A stretch of DNA of 49,671 bases from Octopus sinensis (Eukaryota). The notes below the pieces were generated by a model. The model saw only the letters and a program-made list of their open reading frames with translations. It did not search any database and was not told where the DNA came from. This document shows, one piece after another, positions 24,900 to 37,837 of this stretch; the first letter of the stretch is position 1; every line of letters begins with the position of its first letter. A program made the translations under genes and the position numbers. The stretch covers positions 1 to 49,671 of the forward strand of contig NW_021834306.1 in NCBI RefSeq assembly GCF_006345805.1, written 5' to 3'.

Positions 24900-25423
24900 A
24901 AACAGCATTCAGAAACCTTATCGTTCACGACATCAACAACAAAGCATATTCCTTTCAATATCTTTATGGGAGTAAAGGGACCAAATGATGAAGAAATAAA
25001 AGCTCTCTGCGCGTTTTATGGAGAAGATGCTGATGCAGAAATTCAATTTATTGAAAATGAAAATATTACGAAAAATTTGTTATCAACATACGAGAATCTA
25101 ACGAAAGCAAGAGAAAAAATGAAAAGCAAACGGAAATGGAAATTCGACAAAAACGACATTAAGGTCGTTTAACGCGTGTTATGATGAGGATTAATGTCGG
25201 GGATAATGTTCTATTACGTCAAGATATTGATGCTAATCTACAGAATAGAAATTATCCATTATATGATCAAATTTATGCGAAAAAATATAAAGTTATTGCC
25301 AGAGAAAATATGAATTTTGATATTCAAGATGAAGAAGGATCTGTCGTAAAAAGAAAAAATATTGCGAGACTTTATAAAATGATCATCGGGAACGGACATG
25401 GCTTTTCCAACGCATATCAATAG
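24900..25423 (+). mobile_element. C-terminal remnant of an integrase-type (Ginger2/TDD-like) transposase
   Basis: STTKHIPFNIFMG and INVGDNVLLRQDIDAN resemble the region downstream of the catalytic E in this integrase class. Confidence 0.5.
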
Positions 25424-25518
25424 CCATCTTGCGTGGGAATTGCCATTCCATCCTATCCTCTGCTGCTAATTAAATATACATAATTATCATAAATTGATTC
25501 ACTTTATAAAATTGATTA

Positions 25519-25907
25519 ATGTTTTTGTTTATAAAAAATAATATAAGTAAAACGAATGCCGGGAGCGCAGTGGACAGACTGTATGCCGCGGAAAAAACGA
25601 TGAGGGCAAAGGAGAGAAAATATGAAGCGCTACGAGATCGATTCGTGTTCTGTCCGATTGTGGTCGAGACAACTGGAGGAATAAGTGGGAAATCGCTTCG
25701 CTTCCTAAAGAAGCTTGGACGCTTAGCCACATTAAAAAGCCACGACACACGTGAGACCCGGTGGCTTCTCCAGTTGATCTCCGTTGCTATCGTGAGAGGC
25801 AACGCAACGTCAATTATGTTGGCGGGGTCCACTTTGGACAGATGGCTTTATTAGCTAATTAGTTCCTTTTTAACTGATTTATTAATTTATCACATACCAA
25901 AAAAAAA
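25519..25907 (+). mobile_element. 5'-truncated CRE-clade non-LTR retrotransposon 3' end
   Basis: AGSA...KERKYEAL..FVFCPIVVETTGG...QLISVAIVRGNA endonuclease C-terminus; A10 tract at ~25898-25907. Confidence 0.8.
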
Positions 25908-26689
25908 ATTAAATATCATATACCAAAAAAATTCTATTGAATTGTTTCAATTTTCTAAAAAAATCAATTTCGTCCTTCGTTATAATTTGCATTTATATAT
26001 TTCCTGACCGATTTTTGTCGTCGTATTGTGCATGTCTGCTTCTGTCGTATTAAGAGAAGTAAATCCTAGGGCTCTCCTGATGAAGATTTAAATGTAAGCG
26101 AGAGACAATTGGATCTGGGGTTGGGCGGACCCTCTAGAAAAGCTGTTTGCGACCCTAAAGGTGCTGGAAATATGCCAACAAATTTGCACTCTGTCAATGC
26201 AATCGTTGGTGAAGCCGATTGTCCTTCTGAAAATTCACCGATTTCCCAAATTGAGGGAGCTGTAGAAGAACAGTCGATGAGGTTCAGGGGACTCTGTATT
26301 ATATTTTAAATCGGTTAAAAATAATTGCTCTTATTTCTATTAATGGCTCTTATTCTTACTAATAATTCTTGTTTTAACGGTTTTCCATTTTAAAAGTATT
26401 TTGTTATTTTTGGTTAAAATATTTCTGGTATTTTGGATTGCATTGTTATAAAATTTCTAATTAGAATTAATTTTTTATTAAAATTATTATTATTTAACAA
26501 AGACCACCGTCTAAAAACACAAAATAACTAATCAGGTGATTCCAGCTTCCGACGTTCTTCACAATATCTGTAGAGATGCGGCGGGTGTGTCATTTGGTAT
26601 TTAATCTCCCTATTTTTTCGCAAGATCTCCTAAAAGCGGCAATATTTAGTTGTTCGTTTGATCCTTCTAGAGTTTTGCAAATTCTTGAT

Positions 26690-27080
26690 TGAATTTTCGA
26701 ACTCGAATCCACCATTTCTCTAATTTTTCTTGTTGTAGATAAATGCCTTGCATACAAGGTGAATTTTATAACATTTACATTAGGTTTTGATTGAATTAAA
26801 CCAAATTTAAATAATATTTCTACCACGGAATACAACGTCGTTTTTGCAACCACTGGATCAGGGTAAAATTAAATCGTAAAAATGCAATTTTAATTCTTTT
26901 AAATTTTTAAATATTATTTAGAACATTGAAGCTGGGATAAGTCAGTATATTGCATACAAAAAATTAAACTTAAAAGATGCAATATTATTCAAACATTATG
27001 CATCGAACATTAATAGTTCCTAAATATTCAATGCTTCACACACCAAAAATGAATTTAAAACATTGAAAGTATAAATTATA
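26690..27080 (-). repeat. Old dispersed repeat, inverted homolog of 39810-40160
   Basis: Collinear shared blocks such as TCCCAGCTTCAAT, ACGATTTAATT-TACCCTGATCCA, GTGGTAGAAATA, ATAAAATTCACCTT and TCTACAACAAG. Confidence 0.75.
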
Positions 27081-27959
27081 AAAATTTGACAAAATTTTGA
27101 CAACTTTGCAAGTACCGAATACTTGGATTCAAATTTATTCAACATAAAGCTAGATTCGTCCAGTAATCCTTTACAATCCCAACTTTAATAAGATTAAAAA
27201 TTAATTTACAACTTTATCCCCTATGGCAGGGTCGGTAAATACTTTTGGTAAAGTGCCAATTTTGAACATTTTTGGAAATTTCGAAAAATTGAAGAGGCTA
27301 CTTCTACACTTGTCCAAATCAAAAATTCAAACTCATAAAATTAAATAGACATTCATTTAAAAAATAATTAAGAATTCATTAAAAAATAAAATTAATTAGC
27401 CTCATTTCTTTGGTAGTTTCTAATCTCTGAGTCGTAACTCGTTAATGTTAACCTGAGGTTAAACTTCAGATTCGAATCTGTAATTTTGTTTCTTAATTTC
27501 GATTTTATATAATTCATGTACGAAAAACTTTGTTAACACATATAAGTGGACCCAAATATTGTCAATTTTTTTAATTAGAACTTTTAATATTCTTGAAGAT
27601 ATTTTTTTACAATTCAGATATTTAATTAGCAGACATTTATAAAAAGAATCTGAAAGAAAATTCCACTTTTTGAAAATCAAATCTTCAATTTTCTTTAGTA
27701 TAAAATCAATATCACTTTTAATTTTACCGAATCATTTTATGTTCCAAGGTTTCAAGTTCTTCTGAAAGGCGAATTAACTTTGATACCCATAATTCCTTAC
27801 ATGTCAAGTCCATTAGCTGCATTTCGAACTTAACTGCTTTAATTTCAAGTGGCAATAAATTTAAAGTGCTGACTTAGCACATAGAGGGTTTATAACGAAT
27901 GATAGAGTTACCTTTTATTTTCTAAAATCCTTAAACATTTTAATATTTAAACGTTCATT

Positions 27960-28200
27960 TTGAAAATGTCAAACGTTTGCGCAGATAGTGCTTCTTGGTG
28001 GATAATAAAATGTAGAGTAATCACTTCGTGGTCAATTCTCTTTTTAATTAGCGTTATAAATCCCTTTCTCGATCCCAGTATGCGTGCAGCAACGATTTTA
28101 TTAAGAGAAATAAAATTCGTTTAAAATATTTTACGACTGCGCCAACAAGATATTCACCACGAATTTGACACTTTAAAGCCAATAATGCCAAAACTTATTG
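27960..28200 (-). mobile_element. hAT transposase internal fragment
   Basis: GSRKGFITLIKK...LHFIIHQEALSA resembles the hAT CxxH(Q/R)EAL region. Confidence 0.55.
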
Positions 28201-28562
28201 CCTCAGGAAACCTCGAGACACATAACGAACAAACAAAAACACCTAAGTATGACATTAACAATGTCATTTATATCACATGAATCATCTACTGCAGGGGTGT
28301 CAAACATGCGGCCCGCGGGCCGCATGTGGCCCTCGAAAGACATACAGTCTGTAACAGCAAAAAGGAATATTCTTAAAACACCATTTAAAATTAAATAATA
28401 TTCATTTTAAATATTTAAATCACTCTGATGACATTAATTATTATGTAATTACGTTTTTATAAATTTTAAAAATCTTTGAAAATACATAATTTTAGTTAAT
28501 TATTTGAAATTTTGTAACAGCAAAAAGTAATATATCAAAACCCAACAATAAAAACCATTGAA

Positions 28563-29542
28563 TTAATAGTTAGTATATTTTCCCTTGGCACGACAAAGGT
28601 CCAATGTTCTTTTTCTAAAACTTAACGACAATTTTTTGCATATTTCTTCATCAAATCCATTCCAAACGTTTAAAATTTCGGCCTTTAGATCTTTTAAATT
28701 CTGAGGCGCTCTTTCTGCTATTTTCTCTTTAATTATTCCCCATAAGTTTTCGATTGGGTTACAATCAGGAGATTGGGGGGGCCATTGCAACAATTCAACA
28801 TTTTTTTCATTCAAAAATTGTTTAGTAAGCTTTGCTGTGTGTTTAGGATCGTTATCCTGTTGGAACACAAATTCATCAAGCTGCATTTTTTCCGCATAAG
28901 AAAACAAATTCCTTGATAAAATTTCAATATATTTGTATTTGTCCATTATACCGTCAATAAAAACTAATTTGCCGACGCCATAATATGAGAAACAAGCCCA
29001 AACCATCAAACTGCCACCACCATGTTTTACAGTAGGTAAAATATTTTTGGGTTCTAACTTTTTATTGCGTTTTCGCCCAACAAAAGGCTTTCCATTGGTG
29101 TAGAAAAGGTTGAATTTACATTCATCTGAAAAAATAATGCTCTTAAGTTTTTTTTCATCATATTGAATCCATTTGCATGCTGCTTCATAACGTAATTTAA
29201 TTATTCGTGGTGTTAGCAATGGTTTTTTTATTGGTTTGTGTGCATATATTTTTTTCTTGTTCAACATTCTTTTAATTGTCATATGACTAATTGATAAGTT
29301 TCTCTCATTTTTCAATTTAATAGAAATTTTCCTAAGTGACAATTTGGAGTTTTGTTCAATTTCATAAGAAATCATGTTTGAAATTTCTTCAGAATAAATA
29401 TTATGACCACCACTGCCTTTTCTGGGTACCTTTGTATTGCTTAAAGACATTTTTTTATTTGTTTCGAAATTGTTGATTGGCTAACGTGCAGAATAGATGC
29501 AATATGTTTTTGCTTGAAACCGGCATTTTTTAATGAAATCAT
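28563..29542 (-). pseudogene. Tc1 DD34E transposase, one 1-nt frameshift in an A-run
   Basis: FSDECKFN, QQDNDPKH and WPPQSPDCNPIE give 34 residues between D and E. The N-terminal HTH (MISLKNAGFKQKHIASILHVSQSTIS) is out of frame at 29451-29456. Confidence 0.9.
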
Positions 29543-29795
29543 TTGTGCTATTTTATTTGTAGTCAGTTTAATTTCTATAAGTTATTATTAGGGCAACCAG
29601 AAATATGACCTTAAAAAGTTAAATATGACCGTAAAAAATATGACTTTATGACTTTAAAATTCTAAAATATAACTTAAAAATATTAAAATATGACCTAAAA
29701 AATCAAAATATGACCTATCGAATTTTGATTTTTAGATATTCTGAATTTGAAAATATGAAAAAATTAAACATTTCAATCAATCAATGAATTTATTA

Positions 29796-31122
29796 TGTCG
29801 CGACCCACGCTGGCGACCAGAGCGACCTTCATTGTTGACAAGATTGACAGGGCGGCCTACATAGTTTGACACTAATTACTGACTAAAGATAATTGCTAAA
29901 AAATCAAAAACTTAACATTTTTTTATCTCTATTCATAGTAACTATTTTGTAATTCGAACTAAATGTTGGTTAGGAAAGACAACTAACCATTAATCTGTAT
30001 TTAGACATTATATTTTTTCCCTTTTCTTCATATGGGGATTCAAATCTGTGTAGCTTCAATGACGGATTCGTCCCACAATCTTTTATTATTCGTTTCTAAA
30101 ATAAATATATCGTAAATTTACCATTAAGTTCATCTTCAACAAACATGCCTCGTTATTTTCATCTAAATTATAAATAAGAATATAACCTGGTATTTCATAA
30201 ATCACAGTGTTAATTCCAGAAATACCCCTAAACTTTTGAAGGGGGTCTCATTGATCGCCGAGTGGTGTGTCGTATTATAGGAAAAAGTTACTATTTAGTT
30301 AAGCGCTCAATTACACACTAATTTATTTCAAATTTATTCCTCGCATAGTTGAGCCATAAGTTGGTTTTTGAATTCCAACCCGTTGTCCGTTTGCAAGATC
30401 TGACAATATCCAATTTGATAAAACAATTTTGGAATTTATTCACCACTTCTTCAATTAAATTTCAAGTCTTACCAGAAGCAGTTTTATTTTTTAAAGATTT
30501 GCAGACAACAAATTTGCTGTAGATGTCAATAATTGGCAGTATCCAATTACATCCATCGTTAAACTCTTTATATCTTCTAACATCAATAAGATCCGCCTGG
30601 AATCTTTCATTGGGTTTTCCTGCAGTTACATGGTAATTAGAATCCGACATCTAGGTATATTTTTTTAAATACTTTCAATGGTAGGGCAAATTTACAAATT
30701 TCGCAGGCTTTTATAATTGGACGTTTTACAGTGAAATAGAATTCATTGCACTTTTTCTGAAGCTTTTGTATTCTCCAGTGGGATTCTTGGTGAATGGCGA
30801 ATGCTAGTGTCCTCATCTCCATTTCATTGTCCAGACAAATGACCAATTTGTGTTTTTGGTTATTCTCGTCCTTTAGATAAAGACTATGAGTTAGGAGTCG
30901 CAAATATACCGATCATTAATAATGATAAATTGAGTCGCTTTTTTCATGCTAACATATTTTGAGAGAAACCATAATTTTTTTTCTAAAATGACGCTAAACC
31001 ATTTCTTAAAATGAATTTTTTCCGGTTTAAATTAAATAACTAATCACCTGTCAAACTGAAGGTCATAACCTGTCAAACTGATGGTCGCCAGCGTGGGATG
31101 GTCGCCAGCGTGGGTCGCGACA
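29796..31122 (-). mobile_element. Ginger2/TDD-like integrase-type DNA transposon (family G1), internally decayed
   Basis: 24-bp perfect TIR TGTCGCGACCCACGCTGGCGACCA, 5-bp TSD TATTA; encodes an HQESH...CEIC zinc motif and rve core start PNERFQADLID...IIDIYSKF. Confidence 0.88.
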
Positions 31123-32450
31123 TATTATAATATTGCATCATATAATATTTAATATTTTCTGGCTTGAAGTTTCTATCCTTTTCGAGCAATTTATTCAGCA
31201 TAGAAAAGCTTCTTTCTGCAGATATTGATGTTGAAGGACATTTCCATAAGTAAATAAATGTTTCTGGAGAAATACTAGAAATTCTAGCATTTTTATATTC
31301 GTCCATGGTAACATACTTATCCGCTTTAAAAAATACTTGTTGATGTCACAATTATCCTCACCAAAATTAACGGAATCAATGAATTCAATTGCATCTTTAA
31401 TTGTATAAAATTTTTCTTGGCATTTTCTGATTTCATCAATAATAGGGTTGTATGAAGCCATTAACTCTGCCAGATTTTTCTCCAAATTTTCAGAGCTAAC
31501 AGCATTTTTCGCATTCATCACAATCTTTCCACAATTTGGATAGGATAAGACAATTTCGCGAACTCTTGAAAGATGTCGACTATAATATTTTGCTGCGTCC
31601 AACCAGCTGCCCCATCTTGTTAGAACAACATCAGGTGGAAGTCCAATAACTGTAAAAAGACTCCTCCGGGAGGGATTTTTTACAATCGACATTTTGATAG
31701 ACGAGATTAAGTCGTCAATATATTTATAATGTGCTCTAATCTTTAATGCACAATTGTGCAGAAGATGAGCAAAACAAGTTATATGAATCATTTTAATATA
31801 CATAACCTTCAATGTACTCCCTGCTAAAGTCATATAACGGGCAGCATCAGAAATAAATAATAAAAAATTTTCCCTTTTTATATCATAAATTCGAATTGTG
31901 TCATCCACAATTCTACAAATTGCAGATGCATCACAAATTTCAATTTCCAAACAATTTAATAAATAAATTTTTTCAGGACTTTCAATAGTCCCACAAAGAA
32001 CGTTAACAAATTTTTGTTTATTGATTTCCGTTTCATCAACAAGTATGAATATATCTTTTCCAGAAATAATCGTTTTAAGCATTTCAATCAATTGATATTG
32101 CAAATCTGGAACTATATTTCTGCACCAACTTTCGCTGGGAACAGTAAATCCGAGATTATTAAAAAAATTAATAAAGTGTTCATTTCTTATTTTGTAAAGA
32201 GGTATATTCGCCTTCGTCATCATTTCGACTAAGCAAATTCCGAAATTTTTCTTTGCTTCAAGTTTCGGAAGAGTGTTGAGTTCCGTTTGAAATTTTGTCT
32301 GTTCCTTTTTATGCCGGGTAGTTTCCCTGTCCGCACCACATTAAACGTTTTCGTAAAATTAACGAAAACTGAGCATTTCAAACAAAATAAACGTCCGCTG
32401 AATCAATCTGAAATTCAGACGGGTATCGTTTAATTATTTTATTTAACTTT
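31123..32450 (-). pseudogene. hAT transposase (DUF659 plus dimerisation domain), frameshifted
   Basis: ILVDETE, SDAARYM, HITCFAHLLH, PPDVVLTRWGSWL, TSISAERSFS. The last codons are cut off by the G1 insertion. Confidence 0.88.
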
Positions 32451-32891
32451 TGATTGTTAGATTGCTTTTGTTTCGGAATGTAAAAATCTATAATATTTAA
32501 GCGGCCAACTACCAAACGTGTGAAAACGTGTTATTGTCAAAATTTAAACAAAGATTAATAAAATATATGATTTAATAAATATAAATATGACCTAACAAAA
32601 AAAATATGACCTAACAAAAAAAATATGACCTAAAAATAATATGTCGCGAGCGCTGCGAGCGACCGAGCGCAGCGAGCGATCACTCAATTTCTAGATGCGA
32701 TCAATCAACAAATTCATAAATTGACAAATACCGGAGGAATAGGAATAGGAAGTTTTATTGGAAACAGAGAAGGGTTAAAGGTTAGGGGGAGTTTGTATAA
32801 TGAACAATAGGACTACCCTATCGACTTCTTCCCAGAAAAAAAGAGACCCCCTCAAGTAAATTTTTTTTTTTTTTTTTTTTTTTTTTCTTTT

Positions 32892-35521
32892 CTACCTCTG
32901 CAGGTACGTCCCAGTGACAATTGAGTTGGATTTATAACCACTTATAGCTTTTTTGACAGTTTCACCGACCATGGAGGATTTACTTTCAAGCCACAGGGGG
33001 ATTGGATCTTCAACTTTTTGGTGGTAAGCAAGCTTCAAAGCGAGCCTGCGAGACTTTTCAAATTTAGTTAAGATGGTGTCCTTCTTTTTAGAGAAGTACC
33101 ATCCCTCTTTTCCGTATAGTAGTCCCGGTAGGATCACCGTATTGAAAACGTAGAGGAAAGTATCAGGCTCCAAATTTAACTTCCTCAGGCAGAACAGAGC
33201 ATTAGTTGCTTTCCTTTTACTTAATTTTGCGTTTTCGAGATAGTTTCCCTTTTCATCGATGAACAAGCCAAGATATTTAATTGAGTTTTGTCGAGGTATG
33301 TTCTTGATCAGGCACGGTAAATTTATTAAATTTCTGCTTTCTGTGATTCTCAGTAATGCGGACTTCTCACGCGCAATAATGAACATATTTTCATCGCACC
33401 ATTGCTCCACTGTATTCATATATGATATAATCCTTTGTTCGGATAAGGCAGGTTTCGATGAAATGTCAAGGATTACAACATCATCGGCGTATATCAAAAT
33501 TTCCGTCCGTGTGTTGACAGGAGACGGCAGATTGCTCATCACAATGTTGAATAATAGAGGACTGAGGACTGATCCTTGAGGGACGCCTCTTTTAAGTTTC
33601 AGTTCATCCGAGTCATAGTTCAGAAAGCTTATCACAGAGCGCCTGTCGCGGAGGAAGTCTTTTAGCCATAGGAATAGTCCTTTGTCTATGTGACACTTCG
33701 CCAGATGTCTAAGGAGACCGAGGTGCCAAACCATATCAAAGGCTTTTGAGATGTCTAGAGACACAATTGTCAGACACTCTTTGAAATCCAGAGCCTTTAC
33801 AATCGACGAATTGAGTGTATAAAGACAGTCAGCACAGGAACGACCCCTCCGAAAGCCCCACTGCACGTCTTTGAGATAACCATTTCTCTCGACGTGTTCA
33901 GAGAGTCGTTCAAACATTACCCTTTCCATTATTCGACTGATGGTAGGAATTAGGCTTATAGGCCTATAACTTGTCGCCAAGTAACCAGGTTTTCCAGGCT
34001 TCCGTATCATCCTTACCTCCGTCAGTTTCCATGAAGAAGGGACGTATCCCAAGCTCACACTGCGGGAGAAGAGACATCCCAAATATTCGTAAAGTTGCTT
34101 GGGAGCTTCTTTGAACATGCGCATGGTTATCTTGTCCTTTCCCGGAGCGTTATTTTTGGAGTATCTAACTGCATTTTCCACGTCTTTGCACGTTATAGAT
34201 TCCGAGCACATTGGTAATGAGCTAAGATTGTCTTCCAACTCTTTTTCCATATCAAACAAAGCTGAATCAGATAGATTTGTATCCGGATTGACTTCTTGTA
34301 TTCTTTTGAGACTATCAGCAAATATGTTCGGGATTTCTTCATGAGATGCAGGGGATCCATCTTGTTTTAGCAGTTTAGGTATAGTTTTCTCAGACGTCGA
34401 GGTTAATTTCGAGTAGACCTTCCAAAAATTTGGACTTCCTTTATGTAGCTTTTTGCACTCAGTATTCCATTTTTATCCTTCGCCACCTTCGCCGATTTTC
34501 TTATTTCTTCCGTAATGGTGAAGATTTCACTTTCCAAAACGGACCGGTCACGAAAATCTGCGCAGCGCCGGAGTTTGTTCCTTAGACATTGTTTTTTCCT
34601 TAGTAGGATTTCAACATTCATGTTTGGCATGTGAGTTTTCCTATTGTTTGAGACGATTTTTGTAGAATATGTTTCCAGATAAGACTTTATGTATCCAATA
34701 AGGGAATTGCTAGACTTCTCGAGGTCCTCAGATGAAGAATTTTCGTCAAGTTTAGGAGCGAAATTGCTCAGATAAAGTGTAAAACATTTTCGGTAGTGTT
34801 CCCAGTTTATAGTCGAGAGGTTATATCGTATAAAAGTTGGTTTACCCTTTAAAGGTCCAAGGTTGAGTTTGTATAAAATTGGTAGATGGTCACTTCCAAT
34901 ATCATTTAAGGTGTACGGTTGTTCCATAAATTGAAGAGTAGACATAGAGACCAATGCTACGCCCAAATAGTCCCACCCTCCTGGTGAGTAATGATTTGGG
35001 GTTTTTGATGTGATGACCGAGAAACTGAGAGATTCTGAAAGCTTCTTAAGAATGATGCCATCCCTGTTGGTTCTCAGACAGCCAAAAGATGTGCATTTGG
35101 CATTTAGATCACCGAGGAGTATTGACAAATGATTGTGTTTATCGGCAAAAAAGTCCTTGATAAGCGATGAATAATTGGAAAGGGATTTTGAGTACATCCC
35201 TCCGATTGTTACCCACCCTTTTTCCAGAAGGACGTCGATTGTGAGGAATTCACACAATTCCTCGGACACAATTTTTAGATTTTTCACCCTTAGAGTTGAT
35301 TTGTAGTAGATAGAAGTGCCTGTTCCAGCGATCGAGCCCGGCTTCCACTTAATATCAAGGGAACGATAGCCATCCAAGTAGTAATCATCATGTTTTTTGA
35401 TTTTTGTTTCGTTTACGATCAAAAGGTCCACGGGGTTATGGGATAACATATCCTCAATCTCTGAACGCCTTCTCTTTAGAGAACGTGCGTTCACAGCGAT
35501 AATAGACAGAAAGGGGCTCAC
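32892..35521 (-). pseudogene. LINE ORF2 (AP endonuclease plus reverse transcriptase), frameshifted near 34260-34400
   Basis: VNARSL, VNETK, GDLNAK, SDHLP; YRPISL, QWGFR, LDISKAFD, GVPQGSVLSPLLF, YADD. Confidence 0.93.
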
Positions 35522-36685
35522 GCCTGATCAATCCTTTCCCTTCCAAGAGAAAGGGACAACAGATTGTTGATATCGAGACCTTTTTCATCGCATATAGCGA
35601 TTATTTTGCGAATCATAGAGGTAAGCTCAACGTCGATAGTTGGTGCTTTCCTCTTAAAGCGGGTTGGAGGCTCTGTGTGTTGTGTATTGGGAGGCAAAGT
35701 TGCGTCTTCACTAACATCTGTTTGCGTTGAGGAGTCAAAACAGCGGGAAATTGTGGGTTTTCGCCATACAGATTCAACGGCCTCCGCTTTTGACCATACA
35801 GTTTTTGAGTGTTCTGCTTTGGCCAGTCTGTCCCTGGCACTGAGCTGCTTTTTTAGTTGTTCAGTGGCTGCCTTAGCTGAAGAGCAGCCACCGTAGCAAG
35901 CCAAATGCCCACTCAGACCGCAGTTTATACATTTTTTCTCAGTTTTTCCTTTAATCGGGCACATTTTCATATTATGATCACCACCACAGAAAAGACATCT
36001 TTCCACTTCTTTGCAGAAGTTAGCAATGTGACCAAATTGTTGGCAGCGAAAGCATCTTGTTGCTGGGTTTTTAAACCATTCGCATCGTATTTTTTGAAAT
36101 CCCACTTCGATTCCCATCCTTACAAGCGAAGTGGCTTCTGCCCTCGAATTCAGACTCAACTTTCCACAGGTATACTCCGTCCATTTTTGTAGAACCGTTG
36201 GAAAGTAAAACCGGGGTTGAGAATTTCTTTGAGGTAAAGATCCAGGTCTTCCTCGGAGACCCAAGATGGTATTCCCTTCAAGACTACGGTCGATGGTTGC
36301 AGACTGCACGCAGAAATATAATGGCCGTCCTGGCCAAATGGTTTGTTATACTCGAAGTCATTCACAAACGAGTCCCTATCACTAGAATTTGAGAATTCGA
36401 GGGTAAAGTCCCCAGACTTCCTGGCAGTAATTCGGGCCTTCTGTGCAGTCTCGGATTTGGTTAGAATATTAAAGGACTTTATTCGTCCAATCGCATAATT
36501 TTTTATCTGCAGCGAGAGGACAAGAGACTCAGTACAGTTGGATTGTTCAAAGAGACTTGAGAGGAGTGTGACCCCTCCTCATCTTTGATACGGATTTCAT
36601 CTTTGCGTTCAAGCTCTTGAGACACAGAAGATTTTGAGTTTTTGATAGTTTTATTTTTTGCACCACGAGAAACGAAACGTGTCAT
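35518..36685 (-). pseudogene. LINE ORF1 (gag-like), frameshifted
   Basis: RCFRCQQFGHIANFC, CLFCGGDHNMKMC and CINCGLSGHLACYGGC zinc knuckles, split across three ORFs. Confidence 0.88.
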
Positions 36686-36928
36686 GAAATTTTTTTTCGA
36701 CATAATATTTTTGATTTTTAAAAATTTCTGTTGATTTCTGTTGATTCCTGTTGTGTACATGATAAATAAATAATAACTAGGGCAACCAAAAGTCATATAA
36801 GTCATATTATTTTTTATTGGTCATATTGATGTTATTTCTATAATTAATAAACTATTATTATATTTTTTAATAGTTTTATTAATTTTTTAGGTCTTATAGG
36901 TCATATTTTATGCCGTTAGGTCATATTA

Positions 36929-37516
36929 TGTCGCGAGCGCAGCGCGCGACCGAGCGCTAGACGCGACTTTGACACCTAACAAGCCTATCATCAACAAATA
37001 TATTTATTAATTATTTAAAATTTTAACATGATTTAAAATTAAAATTGAAATAACTTAAGTTTTCCATTGAATCCCATAAAATAATTTATAAGTAGACCTT
37101 AATAGAAAAAGTAAAATCAATGAATACTGAACGCTAATTTGGTTTAGGTTGTGAGGGGGGTAATAATTTGACAGATCTCATTGCTATTTTTTCGTTTTAA
37201 TCTCTAAAATTAGGTCTTCTAATCAAAAATGAACTGTGCAGACAGGCTTGCTCCTTCAGAAGATCTTGTTTTGACATTTTTATAAATTATGAAGCATTTA
37301 GATTTTTTCTCATTATTCTAAAATATCAATTATAAATTTTAAAATATTATTTTTATTTATGAAATCGGTTTTAAAGCTCATTCTGCTTGGCATCGATTTT
37401 AATTTTTGTTATCGAATATATTTAATCCCAAATACAAGCCTGGGTATTTGTCAATTTATAGATTTTTTGATTGATCGGATCTAGAAATTGAGTGGTCGCT
37501 CGCTGCGCTCGCGACA
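36929..37516 (+). mobile_element. TGT...ACA non-autonomous element (family G2), right copy, 588 bp
   Basis: TIR TGTCGCGAGCGCAGCG(C/A)GCGACC, flanked on both sides by TATTA (36924-36928, 37517-37521). No coding capacity. Confidence 0.88.
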
Positions 37517-37837
37517 TATTACTTTTTGCTGTTACAAAATTTCAAATAATTAACTAAAATTATGTATTTTCAAAGATTTTTAAAATTTATAAAAGCGTAA
37601 TTACATAATAATTAATGTCATCAGAGTGATTTAAATATTTAAAATGAATATTATTTAATTTTAAATGTTGTTTTAAGAATATTCCTTTTTGCTGTTACAG
37701 ACTGTAGGTGCGGCCCTCAGCGTACTTTGCCAAACATAAGTGCGGTCTGATTTAATGGCTATAAAATGCAAAAAATTATTTTTTATTTTTTACATTTAAT
37801 TAAAATTTTTAATTGTATTTTTAAATCGTGTTTGTTA

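Larger units (their letters stand above)
32733..36697 (-). mobile_element. Near full-length Jockey/I-group-like LINE
   Basis: ORF1 with three zinc knuckles, ORF2 with APE and RT, A26 tract, AATAAA and (CCTATT)2 at the 3' end. No TSD. Confidence 0.92.
32642..36702 (-). mobile_element. TGT...ACA non-autonomous element (family G2), left copy, mostly replaced by a LINE
   Basis: 32642-32732 is an inverted homolog of 37444-37516; only CGACA (36698-36702) remains of the other end; flanks TAATA (32637-32641) and TAATA (36703-36707). Confidence 0.8.
29589..36928 (-). mobile_element. Inner hAT (DUF659-type) element whose right end has been inverted
   Basis: TIR TAGGGCAACCA at 29589 and 36778, AAATATGACC subterminal repeats, 8-bp TSD present as GTTATTAT (29581-29588) and its reverse complement ATAATAAC (36770-36777). 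Confidence 0.9.
28345..37704 (-). mobile_element. Tc1 element of IR/DR type, expanded by nested insertions
   Basis: 188-bp TIRs (28345-28532, 37517-37704) with 2 mismatches, each carrying two TGTAACAGCAAAAAG direct repeats; TA on both flanks. Confidence 0.96.

Noticed and set aside
26109-26309. 66-aa ORF in a GC-richer patch
   Set aside because: No ATG start, no domain and no splice pattern that extends it.
36757-36777. Possible 29-nt intron in the reconstructed Tc1 leader (GTACAT...TTATAG)
   Set aside because: Splicing it as a coding intron creates TAA; at most a 5'UTR intron, and untestable here.
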